A DNA stretch of 32,000 nucleotides, from contig CAWFLZ010000010.1 in assembly GCA_963816705.1 (NCBI GenBank), forward strand, positions 301,764-333,763. Direction: 5' to 3'. Every line of letters begins with the position of its first letter. The first letter of the stretch is position 1. Below the pieces are notes generated by a model, which ran no database searches, had not been told where the DNA came from, and saw nothing but the letters and a program-made list of their open reading frames with translations. Both the position numbers and the translations under genes were made by a program. The DNA comes from an uncultured Acidobacteriaceae bacterium. Its GTDB lineage: Bacteria; Acidobacteriota; Terriglobia; Terriglobales; Acidobacteriaceae. Shown here one piece after another: positions 25,118-32,000 of this stretch.

Positions 25118-26098
25118 TTGCCTTGCGTTGCCGATTCTCTCATCTGTGGAGAAGATTTATACCGGGGAGAGAACGCAGAGATAATCTCCCCAAGTAACAT
25201 GCCATTGTCTCCACCACCGCGAACACTGAAGTTGACAGAGAGCTGCACCACGTTCTTAATGACCCCGGACATCCGGCGTCATTTGCATTATTTGTCTCTC
25301 CAGTGATCCTGATAAATCGCGGACAGGGTAAGACGGAATGCCCACCACTCCTCGGCAGCAAAATCAGGTAAGCGTCTCGCCGGTCCCAACCAGGTCGATT
25401 GCAAGCAACTGGAGGGCGATTCTCCAATCGTCCATGCCAAAAATCAACCTCGGACGCACAAACTTGCGCAAAAATAAATTTGGGCAAATGAAAGTGGGCA
25501 AGTAAACTCCGGACAGACAATAAGTTCCAAGGTTTTCCACAGACCGGCGGTCCAACTTCCTGTTCCGTTTCCCTGCGCGCATCCAAATTTCGTGTCCAAT
25601 GCATGCCTTGTCAACTTGACAAGAATCACCCCGCGCCACCCCCGTAAGACGGACAGTGCACGAGTAACTCCTTATTACGCAATAACTCGATCTAAGTCCT
25701 TCCCCTTCAGAGGCTGAAAGCGACCGAAACCAGAACTCCCCGCCAACCCCATGATTCCGGTCGGTCAAGAAAGCCCAGAAAAAAGCCGACCGGTACCAGA
25801 GAGCAAACATCCATCCCCTGAAAAATCCCCGATTCGGCACTTTTCAGGAGACCCGAAAATCAAATTTATTTTATTCGCATTCCCTTCGCTGCAAAAGGCG
25901 TCATAACCAGGCAACAATGTAAGTACAGTAATGTCATCTTTTCAACGTGGAACACACCGCACCTCCAGGACGAAAAACGAGACGGAAACAAAACTGCAGA
26001 GACGCGAAGAAAAAACGAAAAACCAGACCGGCGCAAACCGCCAAATTAACCGCGGAGCTGACCGAGGAAGGCCGCAGAGCGCGCAGCGAAGATCGTCT

Positions 26099-26136
26099 AA
26101 ATAGAACAGCCCGCAAGACTTACGCCTTGCGGGCTG
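26099..26136 (-). terminator. Rho-independent-type terminator hairpin (11-bp perfect stem, 8-nt loop). The T-rich tail is on the minus strand.
   Basis: cagcccgcaag (26107-26117), acttacgc loop, cttgcgggctg (26126-26136). On the minus strand it is followed by TTCTATTT. Confidence 0.55.
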
Positions 26137-26314
26137 CCCCGGTGGACTGTTTGGGATTGACTGAGGTGGTCACTCTCGTGGCCCCTCGCTCGTTCCGGTT
26201 CCCGCCGACCTGCGGCAGGAGGATCAGCCCAAACTCACGGATCATTTGCGAGAGAATGTCCCCCGATTCCCCCGACCAAAGGTTCCTCGGAGAACTCCGC
26301 TTAGAGCAACCGCC

Positions 26315-26374
26315 CTAAGACTCAGCCACCTCACCTGGTCTGGTACTTCTACAACAAGAATCTGAACTTGTCAT
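26315..26374 (-). CDS. 19-codon mini-ORF (MTSSDSCCRSTRPGEVAES) behind a near-consensus SD
   Basis: AAGGAGGTG lies 5 nt upstream of the ATG (26374-26372) and the stop TAG is at 26317-26315. A possible -35 TTGACT lies on the minus strand at 26432-26427. The terminator hairpin is about 180 nt downstream. Confidence 0.3.
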   Translation of the reverse strand: MTSSDSCCRSTRPGEVAES

Positions 26375-26562
26375 CCGACCACCTCCTTTCCGGTGTAAGC
26401 GCAGAGTAGTACGAAAATGAGAGGGAAGTCAATCGGGCAAAGGGAGGAAGACGGGAGGAACCGGATTGGTCACGGTCAGCCGCCTTAAGTCAATTGGGCG
26501 CGTCGAATGCCGTCCCAAGCTTTGGGCATTCAGAAGTTTAGACGGGCGTTTACGGTAGGGAT

Positions 26563-28332
26563 CTACGGCAAGGATTGCACTCGCTGCAACTCGCTACGAG
26601 CCACGGCATTTTCCGGGTGATAGGTGACTTCGGCCTGGTATTCGGCGATGGCCAGTTTCTCGAGGCCCCGGGCTTCAAGGATTTTGGCCCGAACGAAGTG
26701 GAAGCCGGGAGAGCGCGGCGCTCTCTGGAGGGCCAGTTCGGCGCTCTCCGACGCTTGGGCCAATTCTCCCTGTTCCATTTGGGCGCGGGCGAGAAAGATG
26801 AACTCGTCCGGATCGCGATCGTCGATTCGAATTGCGCGAGTCAGATAGTTCTCGGCCTCGGCGAATCTGCCTACGCGGTAGTAGGTATAGCCCAGATTGT
26901 AATTCGAGGACCAGAAGCGCGGGTTCCGCTGGAGAACGCTCAAGTAGAGAGGGATCGCGCTGTCGTAATGGCCCAAGTCGAACAGTTCATTCGCGAGATT
27001 GTCCTTCACGATGAGGTTTTGGGGAGCGGACTTGATTCCGTTCGAGTAGAGCAGAATGTTGTTCGCCCACTGCAACTGATAGCTGATGGCGGCAACTAAG
27101 GCGGCTGCGGACAGAGTCGCTACCATGGCCCACTTTACGACCGAAATCGACCCCGGCCTTTGCGCAGTTGAGATTTGTTCGATCGCCAGGGAGATGAGAA
27201 GCACGATCCCGAATGAAGGAAGGTAAAGAAAACGATCGTGCACAAAATTGTCGGAAGCCACCGCGCGCAGATACAGAGTGGGCAGGATTGGCAGCGCTGT
27301 CCACAAGAGCGCGAAAAAACCAAGACCGCGGCTGGAGAGTCTCAAAATCCCGTACGAGGCCGCCAGCATGGCAACCAGCAAAAAAATGGCAGGCAGCAGG
27401 AAATTTTCGAAGGTGGGCTTGGTGACGTAGGCCAAAGAGTAGAACTCACTCGAAGACAATGGAAGCAGCAGATGTTTCAAGTCGAACCAGATCACCGAAG
27501 GCCAGGTAAAGAACATCGTTGTCCAGGGCAGAGGCGTGATGGGGCTGGCCAGGCCGTGCAGCATCAGGACTCGGAAGGCCAGATACGCCCCGAGGACGAT
27601 GAAATACGGGATTGAGACCCACGTTTCCCTCCACGCCGATTTCATGCTCGCCTTCCCAAACGTGAGCGGTGAAGGCACGGTCAGCGCAAAACCGAGAATC
27701 AGAAGTGGGAAGACGGCGGCGGTTTCCTTAGACAACAGCGCCAGCGCGAACAACAGCAGGGAGAGTCCTATCCACATGGTTGTTCTGTCGTGCTCGCGAA
27801 ACTTCAGATAGGCGAGAAAGCTGCCGAGCAGCAAAGCCGACATCAGCAGATCGTTGACGGAGGAGAGCCAGGCCACGTTTTCGGCGTGCGCTGGATGCAG
27901 TCCAAAGAGAAGGCCCGCAATTGCCGCCGTGGCGCGATGGTTGGTGAGTTTTCTGACGACCGCAAAAACAAGGCACGTTGTCAAAACATGGCAGGCCAGC
28001 ATGGCAAAGTGCCATCCTGCCGGGTTCAAACCGAAGCAAACGTAATTCAGACGCAACCACAGCAACGTGATCGGCCGGTAAAAGGTGCCGCCGGTTGCAA
28101 TCCCATGGGCGGTTACGAACTGGGGGATGAAGTAGTGCGAGAGGGACCCCCAGGATCGAATGGTGGTGTTATCGACGATGACCGGCTTGTCGTCATAAAC
28201 AAAGCCGAAGGCGAGCGTCCCCAGGTAAGCCAGAGCCGTAACCGTGCAGACCAGCGATTCCATCACCCCGTTCTTGTCGAGGAACTGCCTGACGGACCAA
28301 GGGTCGTCCAATTCTCCATTGGGTGGCTGCAC
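26563..28332 (-). CDS. TMTC/PMT-like GT-C membrane glycosyltransferase with C-terminal TPR domain
   Basis: N-terminal FGFVYDDKPVIVDN motif (as in TMTC O-mannosyltransferases), at least 9 hydrophobic helices, and C-terminal TPRs (YDSAIPLYLSVLQRNPRFWSSNYNLGYTYYRVGRFAEAENYLTRAIRID...). Start uncertain: GTG 28332 or ATG 28263. Confidence 0.85.
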   Translation of the reverse strand: MQPPNGELDDPWSVRQFLDKNGVMESLVCTVTALAYLGTLAFGFVYDDKPVIVDNTTIRSWGSLSHYFIPQFVTAHGIATGGTFYRPITLLWLRLNYVCFGLNPAGWHFAMLACHVLTTCLVFAVVRKLTNHRATAAIAGLLFGLHPAHAENVAWLSSVNDLLMSALLLGSFLAYLKFREHDRTTMWIGLSLLLFALALLSKETAAVFPLLILGFALTVPSPLTFGKASMKSAWRETWVSIPYFIVLGAYLAFRVLMLHGLASPITPLPWTTMFFTWPSVIWFDLKHLLLPLSSSEFYSLAYVTKPTFENFLLPAIFLLVAMLAASYGILRLSSRGLGFFALLWTALPILPTLYLRAVASDNFVHDRFLYLPSFGIVLLISLAIEQISTAQRPGSISVVKWAMVATLSAAALVAAISYQLQWANNILLYSNGIKSAPQNLIVKDNLANELFDLGHYDSAIPLYLSVLQRNPRFWSSNYNLGYTYYRVGRFAEAENYLTRAIRIDDRDPDEFIFLARAQMEQGELAQASESAELALQRAPRSPGFHFVRAKILEARGLEKLAIAEYQAEVTYHPENAVARSELQRVQSLP

Positions 28333-28512
28333 AAGATCGAGTATAGGGGGAGGATTTCTGGCTCTTGATTTCGAAAACGGCCAGCGGGTTACATCGGTAC
28401 CCTATTCACTGACGTTTAGTGCATGGATTTCCCGAATTTTGCTAGCCCCTCCGAGTACATGCCCGCATGATACCTACCTTCGTTACTGCCCTGTCCCTAG
28501 ACTGGAAAAGCA

Positions 28513-28576
28513 GTTCTCAGTTCTCAGAAAACCGGCAACCCTTTGGAGTTTGATTTTTCGTCTGAGAACTGGGAAC
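28513..28576. repeat. 15-bp inverted repeat made of heptamer units (gttctcagttctcag ... ctgagaactgggaac), loop about 34 nt
   Basis: 14 of 15 positions are complementary. It begins 14 nt downstream of the ubiX stop and may be a terminator for the minus-strand transcript (tail tgcttttcc). Confidence 0.5.
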
Positions 28577-28589
28577 CGGGAACTCGTTA

Positions 28590-29192
28590 TCACCCTTTCC
28601 ATGTGTAGGCATCCGGCTGCGGGAGGCCGATGTGGGCTAGGACGCGATTGGCGAATTCCTGGGCCATGGCATCGGCGCTGGGCGGGTGGTTATAGAAGGT
28701 GGGAATCAGCGGAAAGATCGTCGCTCCAGCGTCGGCGGCGAGCGACATGTTGCGGATGTGGACCTTGTTGAGCGGCGCCTCGCGCACGCAGAGAACTAAA
28801 GGCCGGCGCTCTTTGAGTGACACATCGGCGGCGCGCTCGATGAGTTGCGAAGCGATGCCGTTGGCGATGCGCGCCAGTGTGCCGACGCTGCATGGGATGA
28901 CGATCATGGCGTCGGATGGATATGACCCGCTGGCGACGTTGGCACCGATGTCGGCGTTCGACTGCTGCTGAATTTTTGTGGAAGGCGTGCCGATGATTTG
29001 ACGTATGAGGTCGGAGCGGCCTTCGATGGCAAGTTCTTCGGCGAGGACGCGCAGGGCGCTGTCGGAGGCGATGAAGTTGGCAGTTTTTACGCGCGGGTCG
29101 CGTTCGACGGTGAGCAGAAAGTGCTTAAGAAACAGCGACCCACTGGCGCCGGTGGTGGCGATGGTGAGATTTTCCGGCGGCAATACAGTCAC
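28590..29192 (-). CDS. ubiX: UbiX-family flavin prenyltransferase
   Basis: IATTGASGSLF, MIVIPCSVGTLARIANGIASQLIERAADVSLKERRPLVLCVREAPL, GATIFPLIPTFYNHP. GTG start. Confidence 0.9.
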   Translation of the reverse strand: MTVLPPENLTIATTGASGSLFLKHFLLTVERDPRVKTANFIASDSALRVLAEELAIEGRSDLIRQIIGTPSTKIQQQSNADIGANVASGSYPSDAMIVIPCSVGTLARIANGIASQLIERAADVSLKERRPLVLCVREAPLNKVHIRNMSLAADAGATIFPLIPTFYNHPPSADAMAQEFANRVLAHIGLPQPDAYTWKG

Positions 29193-29340
29193 GGTTGGCG
29201 CTCCCTAGGGTAAGAACAAGCAGACGGACTCGAAACGTTTTGAGCATAGGGATGCATCCAACGCAAGTCAAGGACGAGAGGCAGAGCAGTTAGCACAGCG
29301 GCTGAACTTTTGATGGCGACTTTTTGACGCGAGCGATTTA

Positions 29341-31020
29341 ATGGCAACGACCGGCATCCTACGATCGCGACGCAGCGTGGCTCAACTCCACGCGGTGGCT
29401 GGCGTGGAGCGTGAGATACGCGCCAATGACAATTCTTTTGCGCACAAGTACGTGCGCGACTTCCGTCACGCTTTCCGTTCGTATCAGAAGGTTCTATCCG
29501 CCGAGGATGTCGGCGAGAAAATGGGCGAGGCCGGAATTGCGCTGATCGGCGACTACCACGCGCTCCCTACGTCCCAACGGTACCTCGCCTCGCTGCTTCG
29601 TGCGCCCGCGTTGCATGACCGTGCGCTCGTGCTCGGAGTAGAAACGATTTTTGCCCGCGACCAGCACATCGTCGACGAATGGCTGCGCGGAGAGATCGAC
29701 GAGCGTGAGCTTCGGCAGCGCATTCGTTTCGATCTCGATTGGGGATACGACTGGGCGCCTTTCTTTGATGTTCTCTCGGCGGCGCGCGAGCAGGGCGCGC
29801 CGATTTACGGGCTCGATTGCATGCCGCGCGAGGACTTGCGCAAGATTGGCGCGCGCGACCGGCATGCGGCCGACAAGATTGCCGAGATGCGGCACGCGCA
29901 TCCGGATGCGCTGATCTTCGTGCTGTTTGGCGAGTCGCATCTTGCGCCGCAGCATTTGCCGGCGTGTTTGGCTGAGCGCCTGAAGGACAGCGGGCTTGCG
30001 GCAGATCAAGCTGCGCGGCGCGTGCTGACGGTTTTGCAGAATGTAGATTCGCTTTACTGGCGGGCCGCGGGCGAGGCCTGCGATCGGGTCGAGGCGGTGG
30101 AAGTCAGCCGCGACATCGTCTGCGTGTTTAATGCGACGCCGCTGGAAAAATACGAGAATTACCGGCTGTGTCTCGACCGCTGGGGACGCGGCGATGACAG
30201 CGGGCCGGACCTTGGGCCGACGCTCTATAACCTGATCGACGGGCTGGTGCGTTTTCTCGGCATCAATCAGTATTCGTCGCACAATTCTACGCAGCCGCGG
30301 CTGCTGGTCGATCTGATGCCGGAAGTCTACTCGCGCAGCTCCGACGCGCTGCTGCGCCGGCTGCTTTCGCGCAAGGGATTTTCGGCGGCGCAGAAACGGG
30401 CGATGCTGCACCGGGTCAGCGAACGCGGCGGGGCATATCTGGCTACGCTGAACGCGTTTTACGTTCGCAAGTTTGACATGACTTCAGCGACCGAGGATGC
30501 CGCGCGCTTCCTGCATCATGCTTGCCGGGGATTGCCGGATCGCGTGAATGGAAGGCATCATTCGCCGCGCGGTGCGCAGGATGCTTTTTTTGCGGCGGCG
30601 CTGGAACATGCGCTGGCTTGCTTCGGGTCGCGCGTGCTGCACCCGGCGGGCGCGCCGTTTCGTGACGCAGACCTGGAAGAACTGCACGAGCTGACGTGCG
30701 AAGATCTGGAGCGGCAGACCTCGCTCAAATTTCCGGATGTGGTCGAAGTACTCGAGTTCCTCTCGTGGTATCGGCGATCGGCGCGGGGGAATTTATTGCA
30801 GCATGCGAGCGCCGACTGGACGCGCGCACTCGCCTTCACCGGACGGAAGTGGGAGTACGCGACGGAACGCCTGGGATGTCTGCTAGGAAACGACTTGTAC
30901 GACGCCTATCTCGAAGGGCGGCTCGGTCCTCCTGCGGTGCGGCGCTTGTTCCTGGCGCATCTGGAAGAGCCGGGCGCGGCGAGCGAAGTTTACGCAAACC
31001 TGAGCGCACGTCTGCGGTAA
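29341..31020 (+). CDS. Hypothetical 559-aa protein with an N-terminal ChaN/Tiki-superfamily-like domain
   Basis: IALIGDYHALPTSQRYL and FVLFGESHLAPQHLP resemble the paired GxxH motifs of ChaN/erythromycin-esterase/Tiki proteins. The C-terminal half was not recognised. Confidence 0.6.
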   Translation: MATTGILRSRRSVAQLHAVAGVEREIRANDNSFAHKYVRDFRHAFRSYQKVLSAEDVGEKMGEAGIALIGDYHALPTSQRYLASLLRAPALHDRALVLGVETIFARDQHIVDEWLRGEIDERELRQRIRFDLDWGYDWAPFFDVLSAAREQGAPIYGLDCMPREDLRKIGARDRHAADKIAEMRHAHPDALIFVLFGESHLAPQHLPACLAERLKDSGLAADQAARRVLTVLQNVDSLYWRAAGEACDRVEAVEVSRDIVCVFNATPLEKYENYRLCLDRWGRGDDSGPDLGPTLYNLIDGLVRFLGINQYSSHNSTQPRLLVDLMPEVYSRSSDALLRRLLSRKGFSAAQKRAMLHRVSERGGAYLATLNAFYVRKFDMTSATEDAARFLHHACRGLPDRVNGRHHSPRGAQDAFFAAALEHALACFGSRVLHPAGAPFRDADLEELHELTCEDLERQTSLKFPDVVEVLEFLSWYRRSARGNLLQHASADWTRALAFTGRKWEYATERLGCLLGNDLYDAYLEGRLGPPAVRRLFLAHLEEPGAASEVYANLSARLR

Positions 31021-31110
31021 CTCGCCCGCGGTCACGCCTCTGCGCTAACTTTTCTGCGCTAACTTCGGCTTCTGCTATCCTGCCTTGTTCATTGTTCTTT
31101 GTTCTTGCCC

Positions 31111-32000
31111 ATGTCCGAAGATTCTCCACTTGAGAGGCAGACGCCCGATGCGCTGATGCTGTTTGGCTTCTGGTATCGCGCGCTGCCGAGCGATGCGGTC
31201 AAGGGCGGCGAACTGTTTTCGACCATGCTGCTCGAACAACCGCTGGTGGTTGGCCGCGACCAGCAGGGACGGACGTTTTCGCTGCGGGATGCTTGTCCGC
31301 ATCGCGGCATGCCGCTTTCGTGCGGCCGCTTTGACGCGGGCGAGATCGAGTGCTCGTATCATGGCTGGCGATTCGAGCCGCACTCGGGACAGTGCACCGC
31401 GGTGCCTTCGCTGGTCGCGGATCAGAAGCTCAAGGTCGATCGCATTTATGCCGGCAGTTATCCCTGCGAAGAGCGCGATGATTTTATCTGGGTGTTCGTT
31501 CCTGACCCGGGGCCCGCGGGCGCGGGGTTCACGAAGGCCGCGCCTGCTCCGGCGCCCGCGCCGGAGATTCCTAAATTCAGCGAGAGTTACAAGCTGGCAT
31601 ATCTCACTGCCGATCTGCCGTGCTCGGTCGATCATGGAATTATCGGGCTGATGGATCCGGCGCATGGGCCGTTCGTTCATCAGGCTTGGTGGTGGCGTTC
31701 GCGGCATTCGATTCATGAGAAGCAAAAGAATTTTGAGCCGATACCTTATGGCTTCCGCATGAGCGCGCATACGCCGAGTTCAAACAGCGCGCCCTACAAG
31801 CTTTTACGGCTCTATGCGAAGGCAGATTCAATCACGACGACGATTGATTTCGTGCTGCCGAATATGCGGTCGGAGGTCATTCGCGCGGGCAAGTACTGGT
31901 TTTCAAGCCTGACGACGGTGACGCCGATTACGCGCAATCGATGCCGCATTGACGTGGTGGCGGCGTGGAATCTTTTTCGGTGGATGCCGTTTGGGGCCGA
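31111..32000 (+). CDS. Rieske [2Fe-2S] non-heme iron oxygenase (PaO/Tic55-like), 3' end beyond window
   Basis: My own translation from ATG 31111 gives CPHRGMPLSCGR...CSYHGWRF (Rieske CxH...CxxH) and DPAHGPFVH (DxxHxxxxH mononuclear iron motif). The frame is open to the window end, which is why it is missing from the ORF track. Confidence 0.85.
   Translation, partial: MSEDSPLERQTPDALMLFGFWYRALPSDAVKGGELFSTMLLEQPLVVGRDQQGRTFSLRDACPHRGMPLSCGRFDAGEIECSYHGWRFEPHSGQCTAVPSLVADQKLKVDRIYAGSYPCEERDDFIWVFVPDPGPAGAGFTKAAPAPAPAPEIPKFSESYKLAYLTADLPCSVDHGIIGLMDPAHGPFVHQAWWWRSRHSIHEKQKNFEPIPYGFRMSAHTPSSNSAPYKLLRLYAKADSITTTIDFVLPNMRSEVIRAGKYWFSSLTTVTPITRNRCRIDVVAAWNLFRWMPFGA

Noticed and set aside
24994-25272. 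92-aa minus-strand ORF starting at ATG 25272
   Set aside because: Its last 40 or so codons are antisense to the well-supported vapC gene, and it has no SD. Only its first part looks protein-like, and I treat that part as a fragment of the decayed gene reported in the findings.
26140-26400. Possible known structured RNA (RNase P, tmRNA, SRP/4.5S) in the gene-free region
   Set aside because: I looked on both strands for GAGGAAAGTCCGG and ACAGAACCCGGCTTA (RNase P), a GGTTCGAATCC-type T-arm with a tag ORF (tmRNA), and GGAAGGAAGCAGCC (SRP). None is present. The ccggaaaggaggtgg stretch is better explained as an SD.
29494-30411. 305-aa minus-strand ORF inside the ChaN-like gene
   Set aside because: It is a shadow ORF of a high-GC gene with Arg/Pro/Gln-rich low-information sequence. 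The plus-strand frame is continuous for 559 aa with sensible composition.
31075-31770. 231-aa minus-strand ORF at the right end
   Set aside because: It is antisense to the Rieske oxygenase frame, which carries the CxH...CxxH and DxxHxxxxH motifs. The minus-strand product is Arg-rich nonsense.

Overview
High-GC bacterial chromosomal window. The gene content (TMTC-like GT-C/TPR protein, YncE-propeller/phosphoesterase fusion, many secreted beta-propeller and TPR proteins, short heptamer repeats between genes) suggests Acidobacteriota, but that is inference only. I support about 30 protein-coding genes, one IS1182-family insertion sequence, a vapBC toxin-antitoxin pair and several small repeats and hairpins. 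I found no rRNA, tRNA or CRISPR array. Left to right: a minus-strand cluster of secreted proteins (metzincin-fold-like protein, hypothetical, Lys-rich lipoprotein); a minus-strand operon of an Lgt-family transferase, a COG1964/Tes-like radical SAM enzyme and a small membrane protein; a large secreted propeller-phosphoesterase; a lipocalin-like gene; a translationally coupled photolyase-TspO-SDR/DUF2867 operon; DUF378 plus fasciclin; an XRE-cupin regulator; a TPR protein; Nudix; TetR; a secreted propeller. An accessory stretch follows at about 21.1-26.5 kb and is visibly more AT-rich. It holds the IS1182-like element, a DinB-like remnant, two divergent membrane-anchored hypothetical proteins, vapBC, about 1.4 kb of decayed or non-coding sequence, and an orphan mini transcription unit. 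The window ends with the TMTC-like glycosyltransferase, ubiX, a ChaN-like protein and a partial Rieske oxygenase. The best candidate for something new is the radical SAM/Lgt-like/membrane-protein operon, a possible membrane-spanning-lipid module. The second is the divergent membrane-protein pair beside vapBC. At least five genes show frame disruptions that I reconstructed by hand, and I cannot tell sequencing error from real pseudogenisation. All family calls come from motif recognition in the translations, with no database search run.
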